DNA from: an uncultured Calditrichaceae bacterium
GTDB taxonomy: Bacteria > Calditrichota > Calditrichia > RBG-13-44-9 > J075
Direction: 5' to 3'
NCBI GenBank assembly: GCA_964522165.1
Contig: CAZFVV010000001.1
Span: 23,394-87,393 of the forward strand
Length of the DNA stretch: 64,000 nt
In this document: positions 45,740-54,552 of the stretch, in pieces
Numbering within the stretch: position 1 is the stretch's first letter
Layout of the letters: each line of letters opens with the position of its first letter
Translations under genes and position numbers: made by a program
Notes under the pieces: model-generated
What the model saw: only the letters and a program-made list of their open reading frames with translations
Told to the model about the DNA's origin: nothing
Databases searched by the model: none

Positions 45740-47713
45740 CTACAGTCTTTCCTTCACCCAATTCTCCAACCCCCCGGCCAGCACCAGCTCCTGCGCGGCA
45801 ATTCCCACCGGATCGATGGGGTAGCTTTTACCGCCCGCCTCTACCACGGATTTGCGGAAATTCACCTTCGCGGGGATGCCGCTGCGCACGGTCAGTTTTT
45901 CTTTTCCGAAGCGCTGTTTGAGATCGTTCACCAGATCCGGCGCTTCCACGGCCAGGTAGCCGTTGTTCAGGGCGTTGCGCTTGTAGGTTTCGTTGAAAGA
46001 ACCGGCCAGCACCAATTGCAATCCGCGGTATTTCAGGGCCGTGGCGGCCTGCTCCCGGGAGCTGCCGGTACCGAAGTTGAAACCGCCTACTAAAATATCC
46101 CCTTCCCTGGCGATTTTGCCGAATTCGGGATCGTAGTTCTCCATCACCACCTGCGCCTGCTGCTGCGGGGTGAAATCGTCGATGTAAGTGTATTTGCCGG
46201 GGAAGATGCCGTCGGTGTTGAGATTATCCTGGTGGCAGAAGATCAACTCTCCTTCCAGCGTTTCCGGGAACCCCTTCAGGATGCGCACTTCCCCGCCCGC
46301 CGCGGTTTTTTTGAGATTCACCCGGATTTCTCCCCGGGGCATTTCCGAAGCCCATTCCCCGGGAAAGTCGATCTTTCCGGCGATGGCGGAGGCGGCCACC
46401 ACCGCGGGAGATGCCAAATAGGCCTGCGCGTTGGGAGAGCCCATGCGCCCCTTGAAATTGCGGTTAGTGGCGGAGATGCCCACCTCGCCATCCTGCAGCA
46501 GCCCCCGCCCTAACCCGATGCAAGGCCCGCAGCCGGGCGGCAGGGGAATTGCCCTCGCCGCTAACAGTTTTTGCCAGTCGCCCCGTCTTTCGCTCTCCGC
46601 CTGCACCTCGCTGGAGGCCGCGGCGATGTAGAATTCCACTCCCTCCGCCACCTTTTTTCCGGCCACCACCCGCGCCGCTTCCGCGAGGTCTTCCACCCGG
46701 CTGTTGACGCAGGAAACCAGGTAGGCTTTGTGGATTTTGAGATTCTTCCGGCGCAGCTCTCCCACCCCGGCCATCACCTTGACCCCGTTGGGGCCGGAGA
46801 CGAACGGCTGCACCGCGGAGAGATCCAATGCCAATTCCTTCGCGTAATAGGCATCTTTGTCCGCCCGCAGCTCCGGCAGCCGTTTTTCCAGCTCCACGAT
46901 GCGTTTCTCGTTCAGGCGGGGGTGAATTCCGTTTCCGTCGGCGTCCGAGGGCGCGCCCGCCAGCCCGCGCCGGGCGATGAACGCGGCGCGCTCCCGCAGC
47001 CAGGCCAGGGTGATTTCATCCACCGGGAAAACCCCGGCCAGCGCGCCCCATTCCGTGCTCATGTTGGCGATGGTCAGGCGCTCGTCGATGCTCAGGCTCT
47101 TCACGCCCTCGCCCACGAATTCCACCGCGTGGTTGAGCACTTCATCTTTGTTGAACACCCCGCACAGGGCGATGATCACGTCTTTTCCGGTTACGCCGGC
47201 GCGCAGTTTTCCCTGCAATTCCACCTTTGCCGCCGGGGGAACCTGCCACCAGGTGCGCCCGGTGGCCCAGAGGGCCGCGGCGTCGGTGCGCACGATGGGC
47301 GTGCCTAAGCAGCCCAGCCCGCCGTACATGTTGGAGTGGCTGTCCGAGGCCACCACCAGGGTTCCTGGCCAGGCGTAGCCTTCCTCGCACATGATCTGGT
47401 GCCCGATGCCCCTTCCGGCGGGATAGAAATCCACGCCCATCTGTTTGGCAAACGCTTCGATCTTTCCATATTTTTGCAGGTTCTGCTCGCTGGTATCCTG
47501 CACATTATGATCGAGGGTAAAAACCGGCTGGCGGGGATTGGCGATTTTGCTTGCCCCGATGCTGCGGAATTTGGGGATCACCGCGCCGGTGTTGTCGTGA
47601 GTCATCACGTAAGCGGGCTGGATGGACAGGTAGTCGCCGCTGCGCACGGTGTGGCCTTCTTCCAATCCCACCGCGAAGGCCCGGGCGATTTTCTCGACAA
47701 AGTTTTGCGACAT
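45740..47713 (-). CDS. Aconitase-family hydro-lyase with fused large and small subunits (3-isopropylmalate dehydratase / homoaconitase-like)
   Basis: 657 aa. Aconitase catalytic-domain motifs (VASDSHSNMYGGLGCLGT, cluster Cys in CVNSR and GCGPCIGLG) plus a C-terminal swivel domain. Confidence 0.82.
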   Translation of the reverse strand: MSQNFVEKIARAFAVGLEEGHTVRSGDYLSIQPAYVMTHDNTGAVIPKFRSIGASKIANPRQPVFTLDHNVQDTSEQNLQKYGKIEAFAKQMGVDFYPAGRGIGHQIMCEEGYAWPGTLVVASDSHSNMYGGLGCLGTPIVRTDAAALWATGRTWWQVPPAAKVELQGKLRAGVTGKDVIIALCGVFNKDEVLNHAVEFVGEGVKSLSIDERLTIANMSTEWGALAGVFPVDEITLAWLRERAAFIARRGLAGAPSDADGNGIHPRLNEKRIVELEKRLPELRADKDAYYAKELALDLSAVQPFVSGPNGVKVMAGVGELRRKNLKIHKAYLVSCVNSRVEDLAEAARVVAGKKVAEGVEFYIAAASSEVQAESERRGDWQKLLAARAIPLPPGCGPCIGLGRGLLQDGEVGISATNRNFKGRMGSPNAQAYLASPAVVAASAIAGKIDFPGEWASEMPRGEIRVNLKKTAAGGEVRILKGFPETLEGELIFCHQDNLNTDGIFPGKYTYIDDFTPQQQAQVVMENYDPEFGKIAREGDILVGGFNFGTGSSREQAATALKYRGLQLVLAGSFNETYKRNALNNGYLAVEAPDLVNDLKQRFGKEKLTVRSGIPAKVNFRKSVVEAGGKSYPIDPVGIAAQELVLAGGLENWVKERL

Positions 47714-47739
47714 GAAACTCTCCTTTGGTTGCGATAATG

Positions 47740-47815
47740 GATGCGGGTATAGGGTATAAGGCGTTGCTCTCCTTATACCCTATACCTCTATACCCTATAC
47801 CTTATACCTAAACCT
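47740..47815. repeat. GGTATAGGGTATAAGG-family hairpin repeat
   Basis: GGGTATAGGGTATAAGGCG...CCTTATACCCTATACCTCTATACCCTATACCTTATACC; a related copy is at 60210-60335. Confidence 0.6.
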
Positions 47816-47816
47816 C

Positions 47817-49094
47817 TCACCCCGCAAAGCGGTTCAGTTTTTTCAAGAACAGTAGCACTAACAGCGAGGCGGCGAAGAGCAGCCCCGCCAGGAGCATGAA
47901 ATATTCATGGTGCGCCAGGGAGCTGTAAAACCGCCCTAACAGCCCCGAGGAATAAGCGCCCAGGGCGGTAGCGCCAAACCAGCAGCCCATCATCAGCCCG
48001 CCCATGCGCGGGGGGGCGACTTTGGAAACGTAAGAAAGCCCCATGGGGCTGACCAGGATTTCCGCTACCGTGATCACCAGGTACGAGCTGATCAGCCAGG
48101 CGGGGGACATGATGTTTTGATCCAGGTTCCCGCCCATCAAAGAGGCGAATACCATCACGATCAGCGAGGCCCCGGCGATAAAAATACCCAGGAAAATCTT
48201 GCTCGCGCTGGAAGGCTCCTTCCCGCGCTTGCGCAAGGCGTTGAAAATCGAGACGATCACCGGGGTCAGGATCACGATGAAAAAGGGGCCGAAAAACTGG
48301 TAGGTTTCCGGGCGCAGAAAGGAGTATTCAACCGTGGAGCGCTGGGCGAAGAGGGTCAGGGCGAAACCGTTCTGGTAAAAAGCCATCCAGAAGAAAATCG
48401 CGATCAAAAACAGGATGCCCAGGGAGGCCAGCCGCTCCCACTCTTCCTTTTTGCTCATGGCCGCCTGCTGCTGGGGGTTGGAAACGGTCGCAGCAGGGGA
48501 TTCCGGCGCTTCGCTGACCTGGTAGGTTCCCCGTCCCAGTTGAAAAATGGCCATGGAAACGATCATACCCAGGGAAGCCGTCCCGAAAGAGACATTGTAG
48601 TTTTCGAACCGGTTGTGCAGCGCGGTGGCGGCCAGGGGCGCGATGAACGCGCCGATATTGATCCCCATGTAGAAAATATTATATCCCACGTCCTTCAGTT
48701 TGCTGCCCGGCGGGTAGAGCTTGCCCACCAGCACGGAGATGTTGGCCTTGAACAGCCCGTTGCCAAAGGCGATCATTACCAGCCCGCCGTAAAACAGCGC
48801 CAGGCGGTTCAGGGCCGAAAAAGCCAGCAGCGCGTAACCGCACATCATAATCACCGCTCCCACCCGGATGGTATTGCGATAACCGAGGAACTTATCGGCG
48901 ATCCACCCGCCTAAGATGGGGAAGAAATATACCGCCCCTAAAAACAGGCCGTACACGTCCGCCTTGTCCGCGTCGCTCCATTTGAAACTCTCGTCCATGT
49001 ACAGCGTGAACACCGCCATCATGGTATAAAATCCGAACCGCTCCCACATCTCGGTAAAGAACAGGGTGGTCAATCCCCGGGGGTGATTTTTGAA
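47817..49094 (-). CDS. POT/PTR2-family di-/tripeptide:proton symporter (MFS)
   Basis: TLFFTEMWERFGFYTMMAVFTLYM is the POT signature. Start taken at MFKNHPRG with an AAGGAG RBS; the upstream extension crosses the repeat. Confidence 0.85.
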   Translation of the reverse strand, partial: FKNHPRGLTTLFFTEMWERFGFYTMMAVFTLYMDESFKWSDADKADVYGLFLGAVYFFPILGGWIADKFLGYRNTIRVGAVIMMCGYALLAFSALNRLALFYGGLVMIAFGNGLFKANISVLVGKLYPPGSKLKDVGYNIFYMGINIGAFIAPLAATALHNRFENYNVSFGTASLGMIVSMAIFQLGRGTYQVSEAPESPAATVSNPQQQAAMSKKEEWERLASLGILFLIAIFFWMAFYQNGFALTLFAQRSTVEYSFLRPETYQFFGPFFIVILTPVIVSIFNALRKRGKEPSSASKIFLGIFIAGASLIVMVFASLMGGNLDQNIMSPAWLISSYLVITVAEILVSPMGLSYVSKVAPPRMGGLMMGCWFGATALGAYSSGLLGRFYSSLAHHEYFMLLAGLLFAASLLVLLFLKKLNRFAG

Positions 49095-49142
49095 CATAGG
49101 GTCTCCTTCTGAGAGTTCATCGCCGACTGTTTTTAGTGTGTA

Positions 49143-49240
49143 ATTCGTTAAAGCGTAATGCATGAAACGTGAAGCGGGGAGCGGGAAGCGTAAAAGCCTT
49201 ACCCCAAAGACATCACGCATTACGCAACGCGCTTCACGCC
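49143..49240. repeat. CGTGAAGCG/CGTAATGC-family hairpin repeat
   Basis: GCGTAATGCATGAAACGTGAAGCG...CACGCATTACGCAACGCGCTTCACGC. Confidence 0.55.
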
Positions 49241-50622
49241 CCCGCCAGCCCCTCCACTTCTTCAATGGTTTTAGGAATGGGCTTGCCTAACACCCGGTTT
49301 CCGGTATCGGTGATCAGGATGTTGTCTTCTACCCGGATGCCCCCGAAGCTGCGGTATTTTTCCACTGCTTCATAATTGATGAATTGGGGAAACTTGTTCT
49401 CCGCTTTCCAGCGGTCGATCAGTTGCGGGATGAAATACAGCCCCGGCTCCACGGTGAGTACGAAGCCGGGCTCCAGGGCCCTGGCTAAGCGCAGGGAGCG
49501 GATGCCGAATTGAGGATTGCGTTGGATGGTCTCCGTGTAACCGACGTATTCCTCTCCCAGCCCCTCCATGTCGTGCACGTCTAACCCTAACATGTGGCCC
49601 AGCCCGCACTGGAAAAACAGCGCGTGCGCCCCGGCGGGAACCGCTTCTTCCGGGTCGCCTTTCATCAATCCTAACGCTTTTAAGCCGCTGGCGAGGCGCT
49701 TGCAGGCGAGCAGGTGCACGCTGCGGAACTCCACCCCCGGCTTGCAGGCTTCGATGGCCTTTTGCTGGGCGTCGAGCACGATTTCATACACCTCCCGCTG
49801 GCGCGGATCGAATTTGCCGCCGATGGGAATGGTGCGGGTGATGTCCCCCGCGTAATGGCGAGCGGATTCCGCGCCGGAATCGTTTACCGCCATGTCCCCT
49901 GCTTTCATGCGGTTGCCGTGGTAGTGGTTGTGCAGGGTCTCCCCGTGAATGGAAAAAATGATCGGAAAGGAGAGCCGCCCGCCTAAGGCATAGGCGATTC
50001 CTTCCATCAACCCGGCGACCTCGCGCTCGTACACCCCCGGGCGAGCCTGTTTCATGGCCAGCAGGTGCATTTCCCGGGTAATCTCCAGCGCGGCTTCGAT
50101 CTCGGCCACTTCTTCCGCGGATTTGCGGGAGCGCTGCGCCACCATCGCCTTGATGAAGGGAGCGGAAGCCTGTTGATCGGCCGCGTCCGGGTGCAGCCCC
50201 AATAGTTTTTGCAGCTTGATAACGTTCTCCGCGCGATACTGGGGCAGAAAATGGATCTTCTTCCCGGCCTGAAGCGCTTTTTTCAGGGCATCTTCCAATT
50301 GGCGCATCGGGGCGCTCTCTTTCACCCCCGCCTGGCGGCTTTTTTCCGCGATGGTGGGCTGCGGCCCCATCCAGACGATCTCTTCCACGGTCAGGTCGTT
50401 TCCGAAGACGATCTCCCGGTCTTCCTCCACGTCGATCAGCGCTGCCAGGCCCGGTGCATCGATGCCCCAGAAGTAGAGGAAGGAGCTGTCCTGCCGGAAA
50501 TGAAAGGCGTTGTCGGCGTAATTCATGGGGCTTTCCTCATTGCCGAGGAACAAGAGCACCCCGGAACCAAGCTGCTGTTTCAGGCGGTTTCTGCGTTCGA
50601 TATAGGTTTGGGCGGGGAACAT
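49234..50622 (-). CDS. pepP: Xaa-Pro aminopeptidase (M24B)
   Basis: N-terminal AMP_N-like domain, then an M24 core with HGLGHMLGLDVHD and other metal-ligand blocks. Confidence 0.82.
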   Translation of the reverse strand: MFPAQTYIERRNRLKQQLGSGVLLFLGNEESPMNYADNAFHFRQDSSFLYFWGIDAPGLAALIDVEEDREIVFGNDLTVEEIVWMGPQPTIAEKSRQAGVKESAPMRQLEDALKKALQAGKKIHFLPQYRAENVIKLQKLLGLHPDAADQQASAPFIKAMVAQRSRKSAEEVAEIEAALEITREMHLLAMKQARPGVYEREVAGLMEGIAYALGGRLSFPIIFSIHGETLHNHYHGNRMKAGDMAVNDSGAESARHYAGDITRTIPIGGKFDPRQREVYEIVLDAQQKAIEACKPGVEFRSVHLLACKRLASGLKALGLMKGDPEEAVPAGAHALFFQCGLGHMLGLDVHDMEGLGEEYVGYTETIQRNPQFGIRSLRLARALEPGFVLTVEPGLYFIPQLIDRWKAENKFPQFINYEAVEKYRSFGGIRVEDNILITDTGNRVLGKPIPKTIEEVEGLAGA

Positions 50623-50665
50623 GCGCGTCTCCTGGTTGGGATTTTAGAGAATATGAGCAGAGTGA

Positions 50666-51256
50666 TTATTTTTTGAGAGGAAACGCCTTCTGCACCGTGT
50701 AAATCGCGCCCCGGGGGGTGAGGTCGCTTTTCATCACCAATACGTTGCCGGCGGCGAATTCGACCTCCGGGAAGGGGTATTCCATAAAGGTTTTGGAAAC
50801 CGTTTCGATGTTTTTCATCCCCTTCACCCTCCCGACCGTTAAATGGGGTTTGAAGCCGCGTTCCTCCTTGGGGAAGCCGGCGAGGTGCAACTCTTCCTCG
50901 ATTTTTCGTTGCAGGGCCGTTAAATGATCGCCGCCCGGTTCCGCCAGTCCCACCCAGAATACCCGCGGGCGCTGCAAAGAGGGGAACGCGCCTTTGCTTG
51001 CGGCTTTCAGGGAAAAGGGGGGGATTCCGTTTGCCGCCCGCTCCACGGCGGCAAATACTTCCCGCGCCTGTGCCGGGGTAATCTCTCCCAAAAATTTCAA
51101 GGTAAGGTGAATGGATTTAGGGTCCACCCAGCGCACCTCCCCGGGAAGTTTGCGCATTGCGCGCGCCAGCGCTTCGAAGGCGGTTTCTAATTCGGGAGAA
51201 ATTTTGATGGCGACGAAGGTTCTGATGGCGGGCATGGTTGAAGGGCCTTTGGTCAA
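50666..51256 (-). CDS. thpR: RNA 2',3'-cyclic phosphodiesterase (2H family, ThpR/LigT-like)
   Basis: Two H-x-T-x motifs (HLTLKFLG and HLTVGRV). Confidence 0.8.
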   Translation of the reverse strand: MTKGPSTMPAIRTFVAIKISPELETAFEALARAMRKLPGEVRWVDPKSIHLTLKFLGEITPAQAREVFAAVERAANGIPPFSLKAASKGAFPSLQRPRVFWVGLAEPGGDHLTALQRKIEEELHLAGFPKEERGFKPHLTVGRVKGMKNIETVSKTFMEYPFPEVEFAAGNVLVMKSDLTPRGAIYTVQKAFPLKK

Positions 51257-51266
51257 AATTCATTAA

Positions 51267-52457
51267 TTATGTCTCAATTGTATCAAAATCTATTTCGAGC
51301 TTTTTACATAAATCACTCAATATTTTAAGCCCTCTCTCTCGACCATAATGACTTTCCATGGTATATCCTTCATACTTCACAGGATAAAAAAATTCTCTGC
51401 CATTTGGATGAACGGGCGGAATTTCATTTGTTACGATATATCTGTGCTTGCTGCTTCCCCAGGGAAGTGGAAGTTTCAAGATATATTTTTTTTCAACGAT
51501 ATACTTCAGAATATCTCCGAAAAGTAGGCGTAAAGTTTCATTAGAAAAAACTTTGTTATCAAGCTTAACAGCTATTCTTCCAGTGGTTCGCCCCTTAGTA
51601 TCTGCAACATCCGAAGTACTATAATCGATGGTTCCTGTTGCTACTAAGACATCATAAATCGAATCAAACACATCATTGTATTTCTCGTAAAGAGCAATAG
51701 CCATTTTCTTTTCTTCATTCGTAATTGCCATTTTGATTCCCTTATATCTAATCTTCAGGTTTTTAATATATTGAATAATGAAAGGTTTAACTTTATCATT
51801 TAGATTGGGGTGGTCGAGCAATGGCATTAATAGTTTATCATTCAACAATTGATAATCCAAACAGTACCATCTCATATCCCCAACCGTAGATTTAGAATCC
51901 AATGAAAGATTTGGCGTTAAATATATTAACAAGTTTACATCATTGGGGTGACTTTTATAGAGCCAATCTGCATACTTTTTTGACTGTTTCCCATCAGGTT
52001 TTGAATCAATTTTTAATTCAAATACAATGTTTAGCTTACCTTTATTGCCCAAACTGTCTTCAAAATTTGCTGTGAGAAAGATGTCAAATCTACCTACGCC
52101 AATAATACTGGTCTCATTTGGAGTATTCTCATTCGGTGTAACTTCCACGTCATAAAACTCAACAGTTGGAAGTATCGTTAATAAAAACTGCTTTGAATGA
52201 TCACTCGCTTTAAGACATCGTTCGTCAAAGAGCAACAACAAAAACCTTTTTAGAGAATAATCTGAAAGTAAATGTGAACCACTGGGATCCAATAACCACC
52301 CGAAAAAACATGAATGCCATCTTTCATAATGAGTTCTGCCGACTATTTTAAAAAAATTCGGTTCGCTAAGGATGTTTTCAAACTTTATGAACGCTGGTTC
52401 TGAGATTAAACTCAATAGTCTTTGTGTAAAGCTGGCTTTCGTTTTTTCCCTTGGCAC
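51267..52457 (-). CDS. PD-(D/E)xK nuclease-superfamily protein (396 aa), stand-alone, in an AT-rich islet
   Basis: N-terminal E..HS..FGWLLDP..SH block, then GRFDIF...VFELKIDSK (D...E-x-K). GC is far below the flanks. Confidence 0.65.
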   Translation of the reverse strand: MPREKTKASFTQRLLSLISEPAFIKFENILSEPNFFKIVGRTHYERWHSCFFGWLLDPSGSHLLSDYSLKRFLLLLFDERCLKASDHSKQFLLTILPTVEFYDVEVTPNENTPNETSIIGVGRFDIFLTANFEDSLGNKGKLNIVFELKIDSKPDGKQSKKYADWLYKSHPNDVNLLIYLTPNLSLDSKSTVGDMRWYCLDYQLLNDKLLMPLLDHPNLNDKVKPFIIQYIKNLKIRYKGIKMAITNEEKKMAIALYEKYNDVFDSIYDVLVATGTIDYSTSDVADTKGRTTGRIAVKLDNKVFSNETLRLLFGDILKYIVEKKYILKLPLPWGSSKHRYIVTNEIPPVHPNGREFFYPVKYEGYTMESHYGRERGLKILSDLCKKLEIDFDTIET

Positions 52458-52692
52458 TCTTCACCTTCAGTGATCAGGATTCTACTTGAAAAAACTATGG
52501 ACTCCAATGTATCAACTTTTCAATTTCCCTACAATTGAGGAAAAATTTAATCCAATTTCTCTTTGATGACAATTCAAAGATTCATAATGATTTATTTTGT
52601 AGCGTGTCGTTAATCAGGTTGATTTTCACAGCGAAGACTGATATATTTCTTACGTTTTACGTAATACGTGGCAAAAACATCCAGAGAAGGCT

Positions 52693-54171
52693 ATGCCCTC
52701 ACAAAATCCCTACCAGGCGCTTTTATCCATCAGCGAGCAAATCAACGCCGTGCACGACACCTCCACGCTGTTCGACCGCATCATGGACCTCGCCATGGAG
52801 GCGCTAAAGGCGGAGCGGGGGTTTATCCTTCTGAAATCTCCCGCCGGCAAGAAAGAGTTTGAGGCGGTCACCGCCCGGAATATCAGCAAGGAGACCATCT
52901 CCTCCATCCGGGAGCTGTCCAGCAGCGTGGTGAACCAGGTGCTGGAGAAAGGGGAGCCGGTGCTGACCATGGATGCCCGGGCGGATGAGCGCTTTTCCGG
53001 GGCGGAGAGCGTGCTGCTGCAAAATATCCGCTCCGTGGTATGCACCCCGCTGCTGCGCCAGGATGAGCTGATCGGGGCGATTTATATGGATAACCGCGCC
53101 GGCGCCGGGCATTTCGATGAAGAGAGCCTGCGCTTTCTGCAAGCCTTTGCCGGACAGGCCGCCATCGCCATCGAGAACGCCCGGCTATTCGAGAAATTGC
53201 AATCGGAAAACCAGCGTTTGAAGCAGCAGATTTCGCTCAACACTATCTTCCCGGAGATCATCGGGACAAGCGCCCCCATCGTACACATCCTGGAAATGGT
53301 GCGCGACGTGGCCGGTTCCACGGCCACGGTGCTGATCGAAGGGGAAAGCGGCACCGGCAAGGAGTTGGTCGCCAGGGCGCTGCACTATCACTCTCCCCGA
53401 AAGGAGAATCTCTTCATCCCGATTTTCTGCGGCAGCCTCTCGGAAAATTTGTTAGAGAGCGAGCTTTTCGGCCACAAAAAAGGCGCTTTTACCGGGGCCA
53501 TCGAAAACAAGGCCGGCCTCTTCGAGCAGGCGCACCAGGGCACCCTGTTTCTCGATGAAATCGCGGACATCAACAAGAACATCCAAACCAAGCTGCTGCG
53601 GGTGCTGCAGGAAGGGGAGATCAAGCGGGTGGGCGAGACCGCCATCCGCAACGTGGACGTACGGATTATCTCCGCGGCCAATAAGGATCTCTGGCAGGAA
53701 GTGCAGGCGGGAAATTTCCGGGAAGACCTCTATTACCGCCTGAACGTCATCAATATCAAAATGCCCCCGCTGCGGGAACGGAAGGATGACATTCCCCTGC
53801 TGGCGGAGCATTTTTTGCAAAAATTCGCCTTGCAGAACAAGAAAAAAATCAGCGGGTTCACCATGGAGGCGCTGGAATTGCTCAAAAGTTATCACTGGCC
53901 GGGGAACATCCGGGAGCTGGAAAATTCCATCGAGCGGGCGGTGATCCTGGCCCGGGAGCCGAAAATTCCCGCCGGCCTGTTCAATTTGCACCGCCCCCGC
54001 CCGGAATCCGACCTGGCCGGCAAACCGCTGCAGGAAATCGAGAAATACGCCATCCTGAAAACCTTAGAGCTGACCGGGAATAATCGCACCAAAACCGCCC
54101 AGATGCTGGACGTTTCCCGTCGCTGGCTGCAATACCGCCTGAAAGAGTGGGGGATTGGGGAGGATCTATAG
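52693..54171 (+). CDS. Sigma-54-dependent transcriptional activator with an N-terminal GAF sensor domain
   Basis: GAF region, then AAA+ with GESGTGKELVARALH and the GAFTGA loop, then a C-terminal Fis-type HTH. Confidence 0.88.
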   Translation: MPSQNPYQALLSISEQINAVHDTSTLFDRIMDLAMEALKAERGFILLKSPAGKKEFEAVTARNISKETISSIRELSSSVVNQVLEKGEPVLTMDARADERFSGAESVLLQNIRSVVCTPLLRQDELIGAIYMDNRAGAGHFDEESLRFLQAFAGQAAIAIENARLFEKLQSENQRLKQQISLNTIFPEIIGTSAPIVHILEMVRDVAGSTATVLIEGESGTGKELVARALHYHSPRKENLFIPIFCGSLSENLLESELFGHKKGAFTGAIENKAGLFEQAHQGTLFLDEIADINKNIQTKLLRVLQEGEIKRVGETAIRNVDVRIISAANKDLWQEVQAGNFREDLYYRLNVINIKMPPLRERKDDIPLLAEHFLQKFALQNKKKISGFTMEALELLKSYHWPGNIRELENSIERAVILAREPKIPAGLFNLHRPRPESDLAGKPLQEIEKYAILKTLELTGNNRTKTAQMLDVSRRWLQYRLKEWGIGEDL

Positions 54172-54181
54172 GCAGAAGCAG

Positions 54182-54532
54182 GAGTGCAAAACTTCAGTTT
54201 TGCAGGGGCAGGAGCAGTGGGCAGGGACAAGAGCAGGAGGCAGGGGCAGGGGCGGCAGGAGCAGGAGGCAGGGGCAGGAGCAGGAGGCAGGGGCAGGGGC
54301 AGGAGTAGGGGCAGGGGCAGGAGTAGGGGCAGGAGTAGGGGCAGGGGCAGGAGTAGGGGCAGGGGCAGGAGTAGGGGCAGGAGCAGGGGCAGGAGCAGGG
54401 GCAGCCGCGTTAGCGGTGGTTTACCCCTTTTCCAAAGGAAGCACTTTGTGCCGGGGCTTCGCCATAGGCAATATTTGTGCTCCTTCCCTGCCACCTGCCT
54501 CCGCTCCTGCCCCTGCCTACTGCTCCCTTTTC
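54182..54532. repeat. Palindrome GAGTGCAAAACTTCAGTTTTGCA, then about 200 bp of GGGGCAGGAG(C/T)A tandem repeats (54205-54410), then a complementary C-rich copy (54478-54530)
   Basis: Tandem 12-mers are readable. Many GGGG runs lie on the + strand between the activator and kinase genes. Confidence 0.7.
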
Positions 54533-54552
54533 GCCATTAGAATTAGAAACCG

